Assembly (NCBI GenBank): GCA_010909165.1
Contig: VJWM01000117.1
Coordinates: forward strand, 124,001 to 188,000
Length of the DNA: 64,000 nt
Direction of reading: 5' to 3'
Origin: Anthoceros angustus
Lineage: Eukaryota > Plantae > Anthocerotophyta
The notes beneath the pieces were generated by a model, which saw only the letters and a program-made list of their open reading frames with translations, did not search any database and was not told where the DNA came from. Shown here piece by piece: positions 20,928 through 34,600 of the stretch. The position numbers were made by a program, and so were the translations under genes. The number at the start of each line of letters is the position of its first letter. Within the stretch, counting starts at the first letter, position 1.

Positions 20928-23900
20928 GCCGGAGGCTAGTTCTCCCTGCAAAGTAATGGCGCTATTCTCCCGAGGTGGTGGGCCCCATCGCCTAGCCTTG
21001 CCTCGCGCCATGACCCATCCCATGTCCATAGCACCCTGTCTAGGTGAATATACGTATGAGCGCATATTATACCATACACGGCAACCCGTAGCGGCCTGCG
21101 TCGTTCATGGCTCCGGTTTGTGGAATGGCCGGTTGGGGTTCATTTTAAGCGCGAACGTGCCCTAATCGGCCGCGAATCAGACACAATCCGCAGTTTGTCC
21201 AAAATCAAACGTGTTCCCAACATTGGGAACGTGTATCACGACACAAACGGCTTGGCCGCACGACTGTGCCGCGATCTCTTCGTGGTGTGAGCATGAATTG
21301 CATCGGACTTTCGCCTGGCAGACGGCAGCGCGTAGGGAGATCGGGTGGAACCAATGTGTTCAATGGAAGGCTTGTCCATCCTGCATTGCCAATGGAATTG
21401 TTTCAGTTTCGAGAATGGTGAGGTGAAAAGCTTGAAGACTGTGTAATTTCTACTTTCTGATGCTCCACGCTCACGTCTGCAGAAGATGGTGAGACACACG
21501 ACGCCATCCAACACTCTGGGGCTCAAGCATTCGCAAGGCCGCAAGGCTCCTTGAAGGATCTTTACCTCGTAACTTTGCATTCTTCTCGCATATTGCAATT
21601 TCATTCATGGTGAAATGGCACCCCTTTGTGAGCAAGGATCTAAGGCTGTTATGTCTACAATCGCCCGGACTTTGTGAGTATGGATACATCATGCCTGCGC
21701 CCGATTGTTGGGCATTTCAAGAAAGAAGATTTATGGTTGCCCTCAAGCACCGTGACAGGAAGATGGTTACGAATGTCAAAATAGCCTACGTTTCCGGGAT
21801 AGAGTGGACGATTTTCTTGCGGGAAGCGAGAACTCTCTGCTCCCCACAACGCTTGTAAGACGTAATGTCCGAAACGGTCCACGGACCCCGTATATCGTGC
21901 TGCCTAATTCACCAAGCTCATATATTAAATATGAATGTGCTTACGGACCACAAGATTTTCGCCTTAGGTGTGGAGCCTTTCATTGATGTGACAAACCGTC
22001 AAAAAGGGGAAAGGCGCAGTCACGCATGAAGACCGCAGAGGAAAAGGCTGTAAATTCCAGTTCTTCATCGTGATTATTGCAATGGCGAATTGCGAGATAC
22101 GAATTCACGAATGGCACCACATAGACATGAATGGTGATTTACGCCATGGTTTGTTAGCTCGATGCCCCGCTAATGTTTCTCTTGCTCTGTTTTATCTATG
22201 GCAAAGCGGAATGGGTAAAGCACAAGCTCTTATGCCGGTGACCAATTACCAAATTATGTGTGATCATGAGGAGGATGTGTATCGCAGAAGAAGGACAACC
22301 CAAGATGCCACTTGGTCCGGATGATTTCTTATTGCCCAAGGATATAAGAAACATACAGTGAGCTTGATTGCAGGACATGGAGATTGCATCATCGATGAGG
22401 AAAGTGTGAGAATATGGATGGACTTACACAAGCATGAGATTTTCTTTTCTTCCTTCAGCTCTAAGTCTCTTGTGGTGTCACTTTACCGGGTATTCGAGAC
22501 ACCATTTCAAAGACTCATGTATGTTGAGGTGGGGCCATAACTCGATTGTCTCTATGGATGCCACGTCGGGACTAACAAATGGAAATTTCGCTTGTTTACG
22601 GTTGGTCTTGATGACCACATGAACGGCTACCAGTGGCATGGATCATTTCGACAACAGCTTCGACAATATTAGTGCATGGCTGGGGCTTTAAAGCGATGTT
22701 GGAGAAGTCGATCCAGTGGAAGCCCAATGCTTTCTTGGTGGATCACTGCCGAGATTAACGCTATCGACAAGTATTCGGCTCTAACATGTTGGTGTTTTTG
22801 TGTTTGTGGCATGTGCGTGCTTGGTTGAGACAACTCATAAAGAAGGTGAAAAATAAAGTCGGGAGAGAGATGATGAGCACACTTGGTAAAATTATGTATA
22901 TGGAGGAGCAAGGCTGCGGTATGGAGAAAGTGTATGAGCTTGACGATTCTACTCGACATACGCAATAACAGAGCCCGAATTTGTGACTTATTTTAAGCGG
23001 CAATGCGATTATGACTATGTGGATCAAAGCAAAGTCCCACATGGCCAAGATGCAATAGCATAGAAGCCTACCACCAGCACTTGAAATTCGGATGTCTACT
23101 AACGAAGAAGTTCTGTAGACGTTTAGATTGGTTACTTCATATCCTTGTGGATGAAGTCAATCGGCATTTTGGTTCCAATCACAATGCAAGTTGCTGAATA
23201 TTGTTCACAACACCAAGTTGGAGAGACTTGTGCACCATGCAATTACTAAGGCACTGCAAATTCCAAATGTGGATGTCACACTCGACAACGGATAATGCTT
23301 CAGCATACGTTAAAAGTCGAAGGCACTTAACGGGTCAGTGGAGTACGAGGTGCTAAATGGTGGAAGGCATGCTTGCAACGCAAACAAGGATTGAATGGCT
23401 TTGTTTGCAAACATCAAGTGAAGGTTTTGCTGATGTTAAATCGAATGACAGCTACAGATGCTTGTGCACAAACTGATGGATATGTCGAAGGAACATGGTA
23501 CTGATAATTTCAATTTGGCAAGTCAGGTCATGCACACAACAAGTTATGAGGAGCCTGCAGTGAATGTTTGCCAGGATGGGCATGAACTACGCTGCCCCAA
23601 ACAGGATGTTGTCCAAGAAGGGCCCCAAGTACCTTGCCTGAACCAGGTGTCCAGTCCATGGACGTGAGTTGGGCAGAGATTAGGGGAATGGTGGAGAAGT
23701 GGCCACAGTTAGAAAATCATGTTGCTGCCATGATGGGACAATTAGTAAGGCAGGTCCAAGGGTTGGGCGCTGATCTTCATCTTCACCAGTTGCATGAAAC
23801 ACCAATTCTACACCACAATCCTGCTCATACAGACAATTCTCTTAAACGGAAAAGCCTTTTTGGGAAACGGGAGGGAGTCGGCAGAGGAAGAACGGCCCCC

Positions 23901-25480
23901 AAGATCAGAAAGTGAAATTCTAGTAGGTCAAACATACAACTGCCTATAGTTCCTAGGCCTTAGCACATAGAACTGCCTATAGCTCCGAGGCTAAGCTTAG
24001 AAAGATGTACGAACATGGCAACTGCCTGAAGTTACTGAGCCTTGGAATTTTGCTCTACAGTCTTGGATGTTCTCCTCTCAGTTGTATGTTTCACCATTTT
24101 CTGCCAGTGCGTGGAACATGAGCTATCAGAGTCACGCTCCGTCTGCCGATAAGAGTCCGATCCCATGCGCTCCAAGAAGAGGTGGAGGCCCCGTCGCGTT
24201 GCGGACGTCTGCCGATAAGAGTCCGATCCCATGCGCTCCAAGAAGAGGTGGAGGCCCCGTCGCGTTGCTGCGGATTGTGTCTGATTTGCGGCCGTTTAAA
24301 ATGTGGCTGTTTGGCGAACTGATTAGGGCACGTTTCGCGCTTAAAATGAACCCCAACCGCCATTCCACAAACCGGAGCCATGAACGACGCAGCCGCCACG
24401 GGTTGCCGTGTATGGTATAGTATGCGCTCATACGTGTATTCACCTAGACAGGGTGCTATGGACATGGGATGGGTCATGGCGCGAGGCAAGGCTAGGCGAT
24501 GGGGCCCACCACCTCGGGAGAAGAGCGCCATTACTTTGCGGGGAGAACTAGCCCAGCTCCGCTCGTTGCCACATGGGCACCACCGCACAAGCTCTTCGGG
24601 CGCCTAAGCGGTTTGCTCATGTCATGCCTCATTTCATGAGCATGAGCTCATCTTGCTCTCAATATGTGCTTGCTTCATAAACATGAGCTCATGCTATGAC
24701 CATGTGTGCTTGCTATGGCATGCATGTCATCTGAGAACCCGTAATTGCGGCGAAACAAACCCTAAAATATGATTCCATTAGAAAGTAAGCATCATTTTGG
24801 CGGGTTCTTCTGCTACACCGCACTCAATTAAGCAATATTTTTATGCAGCCCATTATTAATCGAATCACGGTTGTGACTTTTAGCGAACCGCAACTAGGAT
24901 GGAGATTGAAGATCTTCCCTAGGGTTGGGAGGTGCAAGAGATGCCGATTGGCTTGTTCAACACGCAACATCTAAAGTTTTCACCACCGCTTGTTATGTAG
25001 ATGGTATGAGGTTGCTTCTAAGGTGGTATGAGGTTGCTTCTAAGGATTACGTGCCCGTCTGCCGATAAGAGTCCGATCCCATGCGCTCCAAGAAGAGGTG
25101 GAGGCCCCGTCGCGTTGCCAAGCGGACGTCTGCCGATAAGTCCGATCCCATGCGCTCCAAGAAGAGGTGGAGGCCCCGTCGCGTTGCCAAGCGGATTGTG
25201 TCTGATTTGCGGCCGTTTAAAATGTGGCTGTTTGGCGAACTGATTAGGCACGTTTCGCGCTTAAAATGAACCCCAACCGGCCATTCCACAAACCGGAGCC
25301 ATGAACGACGCAGCCGCTACGGGTTGCCGTGTATGGTATAGTATGCGCTCATACGTGTATTCACCTAGACAGGGTGCTATGGACATGGGATGGGTCATGG
25401 CGCGAGGCAAGGCTAGGCGATGGGGCCCACCACCTCGGGAGAAGAGCGCCATTACTTTGCAGGGAGAACTAGCCTCCGGC
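20928..25480 (+). mobile_element. Inner Mutator-like element (MULE-B) with ~260 bp TIRs and TSD CTCTCCGT
   Basis: TIR gccggaggctagttctccctgc... (20928-21191) is inverted relative to ...gcagggagaactagcctccggc (25192-25480). Direct repeat CTCTCCGT at 20920-20927 and 25481-25488. A noisier duplicate of the right TIR lies at 24270-24555. Confidence 0.9.
21600..23915 (+). pseudogene. MULE transposase with SWIM zinc finger (MULE-B), frameshifted
   Basis: 'DEESVRIWMD', 'IVSMDAT.G.TN', 'VFLCLWHVRAWLRQL', 'IEAYHQHLK' and SWIM-like 'FVCKHQVKVL' occur in shifting frames. Confidence 0.75.
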
Positions 25481-25965
25481 CTCTCCGTTGCCACCGGCAC
25501 GGCCTGCCGCTCTTCGGCGCCAAGCGGCTCATGTCATGCCTCATTTCATGAGCATGAGCTCATGCTATGACCATGTGTGCTTGCTTCATAAACATGAGCT
25601 CATGCTATGACCATGTGTGCTTGCTATGGCATGCATGTCATACAGAACCCGTAAATTGCAGAGGCGAAACAAACCCTAAAATATGATTCCATTAGAAAGT
25701 AAGCATCATTTTTGGCGGGTTCACTTCACACTGCACTCAATTAAGCAATATTTTTATGCAGCCCGTATTCTGAACACCGAACTGTGACTTGCAACGGCAA
25801 CTAGGATGGAGATTGAAGATCTTCCCTAGGGTTGGGAGGTGCAAGAGATGCCAGTTGGCTTGTTCAACACGCAACATCTAAAGTTTTCACCCACTGTTAT
25901 AGCAAGATGGTATGAGGTTGCTTCTAAGGTGGTATGAGGTTGCTTCTAAGGATTACGTGCCCGCT
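24141..25965. repeat. Tandem duplication (~915 bp x2) covering the MULE-B right TIR, its ~62 bp subterminal repeats and the flank
   Basis: 24141-25055 is repeated at 25056-25965. Each copy holds two units of cgtctgccgataagagtccgatcccatgcgctccaagaagaggtggaggccccgtcgcgttgc. Confidence 0.9.
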
Positions 25966-26633
25966 ATCTCTAGATTTGTTATTATTCCATAGAATAGGGT
26001 ATCTGACTTGGTGTTAGGAGAAGGCAAGAATGCGCAGTTCCCCACATACTTTTGGAAGGAGACGAATAAGAAGCAAGTACACTGACCAGTAAAACTAATG
26101 TTTGGGCTTATTTGTGACGAAATCTTGGTGTGCATTTGGGAAAGGCGATCTTCGTGATGATAATGCAAAGACAAGCAGGCTTCCAGCGATGGTAGGAAAG
26201 CGGAAAGCCAAGATCTTGAGAGGTCGGAGTATCAAACATGGTTGCAGTACCACTTTGATGTGAAGAAGCTTACATCGCTCCCAGCCTGGCGCGGATTGTT
26301 TTGTGATTCATTTGAACATGTAGACCAATGCGGACAAATCTGCTGAGACTTGATTATACAATAAAGCCTCGCTCAAGGTTTGCTCCCCGTTTAAGTGAGG
26401 ACATCCATCTGCTGTGAGGCGTCTATTTATTGGTGTAACAAGGGTGAGTATACCTCGAGCATGTGGAGCAAGTAGAATTGAAAGGCCTTGAACTAGTGAT
26501 TATGAACCTTATCGCGATGATTTTTACAGCCACCTTTGCATGACATGCTTTCATTGTTACCTCGTTCAATTGTTTGCGGGTTCTATCGGTATCACCCCAA
26601 CAATGAGATTAGTGTTGGTTTGTGGATAAAGGC

Positions 26634-29600
26634 TGTGGAAGACCACATGTGCACTAACCCCGCTCCCAAGTGTCGTGGTGAACGATTTTTGTTTTGGATG
26701 TGTTAGAATAGCAGTGCTTTGAGAATCGTCTGAGTCTTTTATACGGAATGGTCCTTGGCCCTTGGAGATAATAATAATTTTTCGACCCTTAGGTTTGACC
26801 CGAGGGTGGGTAGAAATAGAGTCCTTGGGTATTGGGAATTTTAGAATAAAAGGTGTCTATATATGCTAGGGATGCTCACAATATGCCACTTGTAGTCAAG
26901 TGGGGTGGTGGCTAGTTCCACCACGGTGGCCGAGAAACGGACGCATGCACTGTGGGAATTTACAACCCTAGTGGCGGAGCGGGACTACCCCACCGGAGCG
27001 AATCGAGAAGGGCACACCCAAGACCGCGAGGTCGCGACTTTCCGTGAGGGGCTGGAGCGGAGTGCAGAAGAGGGGCGCGGCCGACGCCAGCCAAATCACC
27101 GCCTCAGCAGGAGGAAGGCGCGACGATCGAAAGAGCGGCGGCGGAGGAGAGAAATCGGGCAAGTTCGCGAGGAGGCGTGGAAGGAGCGCGAGGGCGGCTC
27201 GATTTTTTTTCTCTTCCGACCGTAATCTGGTAGTCGAGGTTTTGTTTTGGGAAACAACGAGAGAAGGAGATGGCGCCCAGTCGCGCCGAAATCTCACTCA
27301 CGCAGCGGCCCAACATGGACCATCGGAAAGTGAGTCAGCCGTGCGTGAGTCCGTTCATGGAGAAGAAATGGTGCCGACACCGCATTGGTGCAAGAGTGCG
27401 CCCGCAATTAAGGACCAAGTCGCAAGAGGGTGACGCGAGGAAAAGGCCGCAGAATCTGGATTTGGCCCTCTTTCGAGCGCAATGGGCGAGAAGCATCGAG
27501 GATGGGAGCTTGGTGATTGACCCCAGAAAAGAAGACCTTGAAAGCCGCAGCCGCGCTCATGAAGCTGGGAAGTGAGAGTGAACAATGGTCGGGTGACTCG
27601 CCAACTCGGTCGCATGGGATTGGCCAAATGGATTTTGTGTTTCCTCTGTAACCGAAGATCATATGGCGGATCACTTCTTGGTTTTTCTTCACGAGGTGGT
27701 CAAGGGTACACAAATTGATTGGGGAGGATGATTTTCGAAAGAGCCTGTGAGGAGAAGGCGAATTTACTCTCTTCTTCCTCGGCCCTCCTTGATTTCGCCT
27801 TTTCCGATTCATGTATTTGCGCATTCCGGTGTTTAACTGAGGAAGTCCGTCCGCCGCATGGTTGGAAGCCGGTCGGGGAACTCAAGGTAGAAGAGGAGGA
27901 ATTGAAGGAGGATTCGGGCAAGGATTCCAGCTTGGGAGTGCGCTCGGAAGGTTAAGAGGGTGGGGAAGTTTCCAAGGGTAAGCGAAGGGCACAACGGTCG
28001 AACGGGGATCGAAAAGGAGGACAGCCAGCAGAGGAGGAACCCACAGCCACACCTGTGGTCACCAGTCGAAGACGGCAGCAGAACGGTAAAGGAGGAAAAT
28101 AAAAGGGAAATGGCAAGTTGCTCCCTCCTGTGGGGGATGAATCCGCTAGGGGAGAATGAAGCGGGGAAGAGGGTGGGGAAGTTTCCAAGGGTAAGAAGCG
28201 AAGGCGCACGGCGGGGTCGGCGAAGGGGAGGCGGAGGAGGAACCCACACCCGTGGTCACCAGGTCGAAGACGGCAGCAGGAACGCGGGTAAAGGAGGAGA
28301 AAATAAAGGGGAAATGGCAAGTTGCTCCCCTCCCAGGTGCAGGGGATGAATCGCTGCCGCTAGGGGAGAATGAAGCGGGGGAAGAGGCAGTGGCAGACCA
28401 ACCCCTAGGAGAGGAGGGGTTAACTTCAGCGGCCGAGACCGCAACGGAGCTCCGGGACATTTTTGGCGACATTTCACTGAACCGTCCGGCTGAGGTGGGG
28501 ATAGGAGACACCGCACACGAGAATTGTTGTGGAGGCGGATGGGCAAGGGACAGCCCAATTTGGGGATTTGAGACTGCCATGGCACGACGCAGCGGATCTC
28601 CTCGATCAAGCCCATGGCTCTCACTTGGCAGTGTGCAAGGCCAACAGGAGAAGTTGCTCAAGGAGAAGTTGGAAAGCCCGGAAGGCGAAGGCGGCCGAGG
28701 AGCGCAGACGGAGTGCGGCGGCCTTATGCAAGGCAGGAGCGTTAAGGGACATGTCCACTCGGCAGAAGCTTTAGTAAATCAGTCAAGGGGCGATGCTACA
28801 ATTGAAGAGCTTCAAGATGAGGTCTCATGAGTCCAGAGCAGGTGGTGGAAGCGATGGCGCCTTGGAGAAATTCAAGAAGCGGAGAGGTACAAGGAAAGAG
28901 ACGCTAGGGCCGAGTCAAGAGAGAGGTGGCCAAACCAAGAAGGCCGAGCAACACACCGCAGGAGCAAACAACCACCGCAGGAGCAAACAACCACCGTGGA
29001 AGCAACCACCACGGTGGCTAAACCAGCCACCGTGGAACGGGAACCGAGGTGGGGAAGTCACCGGCGAGTGTCGCAGATGGAGGATGATCCCGAGAATCAA
29101 AGCAGCCGCCTGTGATTGTCCACGGAGGAGAGGGTAAGGACCTCCGATCGAAGGGCGACGTGCTACGCCCGGATGAGGATGCTCATGTCCCCCACGCATG
29201 GTGAGCGTGCTCACTCTAAACGCGTGGTTGTTGGGAGGGAGGGGCGTAAACCATCGGTCAGACATCTTGACCGCCACAGCGCTACTGCTGGTTCCTTCGA
29301 GTAGGAGCGGGCGCCTATCCTCCGCAAGTGGTGCCGGAAGAGATGAGCGAGGCGCAGCGAGCATGGAGGAGGAGCACACTGGTTGTCCAAATGAGGAGGA
29401 GCGGACAATGGACATAGAGGTCACAGGCGCGTCCGCGGGAAGGCGCGAGGGAAATTCAAGAAGTGAGGTGGAGGTTGTGGGGAAAATCGCTCGGATCGAG
29501 GCGAGGTCAAGAGCGAGAGGGGTCCCCATGGGCCGAGGGCGAGAATCGCGAGGCGGCAGCTGATTTTAGGAGTCGCGATAGCCTAGGACCGGGTTTTTCA

Positions 29601-31170
29601 GGGATAGGGAGTTCCATCAGAGTGTTGTTGCTTAGATTGGTAAGGCGCCGTGGTAGGAGCTACAATTTTAGACACTAAAGAGAAGTGAGTCGTGTTGGAC
29701 CACACCGGATGTATAAGAGACCCTTTGGGTGTCTCTCAAAGACGATTTCGTGTGAACTTCCGTATCGAACCAGTGGGGTTGATTGAGACGTCGTCAAGAT
29801 CAAACGGGAGCCCGCGACCGCCTTCGTCACAAGAAGGCCGGAAGATCTCGATGGTCGAGAGCGGAGTGGCCAAGCTCCACGCCTGGGTAACGGAAGGTAG
29901 GCGCACCGGAAAGAGGTAGGATCGCCAAGGCCGAGGCGAAGCCGGAAGGCGAATCGCCCAAGCACGGGGTTTTCCCGATCCTCTTTTCCAACCGCCACTG
30001 TGTGTTCATTCCATGAGAGGGGTCTGTGGCCCAAGGAGGGGTCTGTGGCCCAAGGAAGGTCTGTGGCCCGTGAGACGAGGAGAGTTCATTGGGAAGGGAA
30101 AGGTTCCGGGTAGAAGGAGTGCTACCGGGAGGGATTGTGAGAGTGAGGTGGAGGTTGTGGGGAAAATCGCTCGGATCGAGGCGAGGCCGAGCGAGAGGGG
30201 TCCCCATGGGCCGTGGGGGCGCAATCGCGGAGGCGCTGATTTTAGGAGTCGCGATAGCCTAGGACCGGGTTTCCTTTTTGAGAGGATAGGGAGTTCCATC
30301 AGTAGAGTGTTGTTGTAGATTGGTAAGGGCTCGTGGTAGGAGCTACAATTTTAGACACTAAAGAGAAGTGAGAGTGTTGGACCACGCCCGGATGTATAAG
30401 AGACCCTTTGGGTGTCTCTCAAGCGCGATTTCGTGTGAACTTCCGTGTATCGAACCAGTGGGGTTGATTGGAGCGTCAAGTCGCATCAAACGGGTTGGCA
30501 TCTTCGTCACAAGAAGGCCGGAAGATCTCTGGATGGTCGAGGCGGAGTGGCCAAGCTCCACGCCGGGTCGGAAGGAGCCGCGCCGGAAAGAGGTAGGATG
30601 CCGCGGAGGGGCTGGAAGGCGAATCGCCCAAGCACGGGGTTTTCTTATCCTCTTTTCCCGCCACTGTGTGTTCATTCCATGAGAGAGGGGTCTGTGGCCC
30701 AAGGAGGGGTCTGTGGCCCAAGGAGGGGTCTGTGGCCCGTGAGGGCGAGAGAGAGTTCATTGGGAAGGGAAAGGTTCCGAGGGTGTAGTCTTGTGGGAGG
30801 GATTGTGAGAGTGTGTGAGGGAAAATCGAAATGCGAGGGAGGAGTGGAAGCGTGGTGGAATCGCAAATTCCAGTAAGTGAGGCGTATATAGGTGTCCGAT
30901 GCCCATAGCCCCAGGTCAGAGAAGTCGATAGACTCCGCGAAGGCGGCGTCTGGGGCCCGCCACGAACTGCCACCCGGGTGGCCGAGTCTACCACGGTGGT
31001 GGGTTTGGGTGGCCGGAGAAGGTGGGGTAGTGAGCGACGGTAGGTCTAGAATCCATAGATTTAGCACACCTTGACACAACACCATTCCCTTGGGATCGAA
31101 TCCTAGGACTATAACGACATAGAGGGTAAATGTGGCCTCTTTGCGTCTTGGATGCAAAACCCATTCCACA
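26634..31170 (+). repeat. 5' LTR (4.5 kb; ~3.6 kb after removing two internal tandem duplications)
   Basis: TG...CA ends; colinear with 39038-44427. Internal duplications at ~27955-28385 and ~29463-30810. ~20 bp gggtctgtggcccaaggag repeats at 30019-30070 and 30688-30740. Confidence 0.9.
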
Positions 31171-31699
31171 TTTTGGCGCTTGGGAATGAAACCGCAAGGT
31201 TATAGGGGACTAACCATAGCTTAGGTGTCTAGTTTTGGAGTGTATCTAGTTAGGTAGATGGATGCCACGGTTGAGTCGGAGGGTTCGAGTCAAGTACTCA
31301 AGGCCACAAGAGAAGCGACAACGCCAAGCAATCGGAAAGGTTAAAAGGGTTGCAAAACCGCGAGTTGAGGAGGGTCCACCGGAAGACGACCCGCTGGAAG
31401 GAGAAGGAGGAAGGAAGCAACCAGGGACGGGGTCCGATCTTGTTGGAGCAAGATCCCCAACCTCGGACTTGGACGAGGTACCACCGCCAAGGAACCTCGG
31501 ACCAATTCCATCCACCGACCTCTCTTCCAAAAGTGTGCATCGTTGGAGATCAATCGACTCCGCAGAACCGTTGTTGGACCAACCACGCCGAATCAAGAAC
31601 GATAGTCATGACCACCACCCGGTGGTGGTCACCACCAAGCAACCTTACCGTATGGAGAGGGAAGGGTATGAAGACCGATGAATTTGTTGAGCGTTTGAG

Positions 31700-34600
31700 C
31701 ACCGACATTTGCAAAACCAGAAGCGGGAGATGCACAGATTCATTGTTCTATGGAGTTCTTCGGGGTCCAAAAGTGGTATAGGCGAATACCTCAAGTCACC
31801 ACACCTCCAAAGAACCTATGAAGAATTAAAACCGCCTGTGAAAGGTCTGGGGCTTGACGTGGAGGGATACGTGTTGTCCAAGCTTGAAAAGCTGCAGAGA
31901 GGAAAGAAGGAAACCTTGCAGGCGTATGTGGAGAGGTTTCACAGCTTACGCGATCGAAGTGGCCCTCACTCGGAGTTGCAGGCAATACGGTGGTTCGCTA
32001 AAGGCCTGGGTTCTAAGATGGGGAGACACGTAAGGTTACAAGCGGAGAAGAATTTGGGCAAGGCTATCAAGGCGGCGCTAAACTATGAGGAATCCAACCC
32101 GCAAGGGAGGAGGAAGGCTAAGAAGGAGAAGAAGAAGCCTGTGATGGAAAAAGAAGGATCCTCATCCTCCTCGGAAGGAAGTTCATCGTGAAGAAAGCTC
32201 CAGAAGATTCCAGAAAGTTCCTGAGGAGGAAACGAGTGATTCGGAGGAAGCGCCATCGATGAGGAGCGCCAAATGGAAAAAGAAATGAAGGGTCGTGCAC
32301 GGACAACAAGGAGTCGGCAAGGGCAAAACAGAGGAGGCGCAAAGAAGGACGCGAACAAGGGAGGGAGGCCGAGGTGGCAGCCAAGAAAGTAGAACAACAG
32401 GGAACAAGATGGAGGAGATGATGGCAAAATTCGAGAAATTCCATCTTAATGCGGTCAAGGAACATGAGAGGCGGAGTCACGAACCCACGAGCCAACCTCT
32501 TCTTCAACGTGTGGGCAGCAGGACACTCCAAAGCTAATTGTCCGACGACAACACCCTGGGATATGAGGAAGAGGAGGAAGAGGGTCCGGTGGAAGATACA
32601 TACCGATCCGGAGGTTCACCAACCCAAGTGTACCCAAAGACCATGTACCCGCCAACCTACGTAATTCCACGGGTAGGCGTCAGTCAGGTAACAATCCAAT
32701 GGGCACCGTCTTGTGCTATAATTGTCGCAACCTTGACACTATGCGCATGCCTTATCCAACTCGTCAAGGCAATGGAGATTTTGATAAACTATGTCAAGAT
32801 TGCAAGCAGGGCATTTGGCAGGAAGTGTGCTCTGCCAAAGCCCCAGAAAGACGGTGAGGATCGCGCAGCCACCCGTAACGGAGTTCACCAACCCAAGTCC
32901 GGTGTCCGCCATGCATGTTGAGGACGCACTTATGGCGGTATGGGAGGATGCCGAGATTGGAACCCTGAGGAGCTTGGAGGGATTAGACGCAGAGGAAGCG
33001 ATTATTATGGGAAGCCTCCGCCATGGTCGTTAGAACAAGGAGCACAAAAGCAAAAGAGAGGCGACGGGGAAAAAGAAGAAAGGAGGCGGATACGACCACG
33101 GATCGGATGAGGGAGAGAGTGTCGCCACCACTGGGCGGAAATACCAACACCAGGAACGCTGGCAAAGAAAAAAAACAAGTCCCGCAGTGACTTGGCGGAT
33201 GGACCATATGTGCAAAAGAGTGATGCATGAGACTTGAGTGTTCCAATGGCGGAAAGGTGAATGAAGGGTCACGACGGAAGTCAAGGGGTGGAACCCTACC
33301 GATTTCGAGAAAGTTACCGAACCGAGTTAGGGTTTCCACCGGACGACGGGGAAGTCATGGATATGATACAAGAAGAATTGGCAAGGGAGGCTACGGGGAA
33401 AAGGCGGGGTGTCGATTTCCACCACCCTGTGGGAGTCCACCACCCCACCGGAAGGGCCACCACCCCAAGTCATGACGAACCGGAACCCACAACCAACCAA
33501 ATCGGATGGCGAGGTCGCCACCGCTTCTTTCAATCTCGCCGAGGCCATCATGGACCAACATTTCATGATCACATTCGGACAACTCCTCCGAGACAATCCA
33601 GTATAGGCAATGATCGTGAGGGCGTTAAAAGAGGCGCAACCCAAAAGAGGCGCAATGTTCCTATACCACAGCCGCGTGAACTTGGTATCCATGGTGGATC
33701 AAGGCCCACCAACCTGTGGAAATTTCGGATGTGTCATCAAAGGAGTGCCTCTCGACACGGGGTCGGTGTAAATATTATGACAAGACACGGCTAGGAAATT
33801 GGGCTTGGATATTGAACATACTACCAAGGTTTTGGCTAGGACATGTCCGTAATGGTGCCGGGGAACCGAGGGGTGCTAACGACCATTGGAACCATCCCTA
33901 CTTGATGGATTATGTAGTCATCCAAAGAAAATCGCTGTGGTACGACGTCCTAATTGGCCGAACATGGATGTACGATCGCAATGCACGCCAAGTGGGGGGA
34001 AGGAAGTCGGTTTTAAACCGCTGGAATGGGATCCCAAGACCAAGGAGGGAAGGATGTGCCTATCGTGGAGTAAGGACATGTATGCAGTGAAACTCCAACG
34101 AAAGAGGGTACACCTCGGCAGAGGACACGTCCGGGAGATGGAAGAGGAAGATAGGTTCCGTCGCACACATCTCATGGTCCGATGAGGAGCGGGACTACCG
34201 CAGAGATATCCATATACAATTAACCCGAGGGTCGTTACGGGTAACCGAATGCTCCGGAAGGGGTCCGGCGGATTCAAGCAGTGGAGAAAGGAGGAGGCGC
34301 CACGCAGTTCACGCCGGAGGATTTGTTTAGGGAATGGGGCATGAGAGAAGAGGAACCGCGGAGCCGTAAGAAGGATTCGGGTTAGCACCGCACGAGCGCG
34401 AGTGGGTACAGTGATGAAGTCAAGGACGTTGAGGTTCTTCCGGAAGGTGCTCAAATTCTCCGTAACAATGGATGCGGCGTTGGAGGAAGGAATGAACCGC
34501 TGCGAATTATCGATGTTTTCGCCGAGGTAACAGACATGAAGGGATCCCCAAAGAATGGGCGAGCATAGGATTGACTGGAACCGTGAGCAATCCGAAGGAT

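Noticed and set aside
31085-31110. tRNA T-arm / B-box-like gggatcgaatcc in the LTR end
   Set aside because: No cloverleaf or upstream A-box; it is part of the LTR U5 hairpin.
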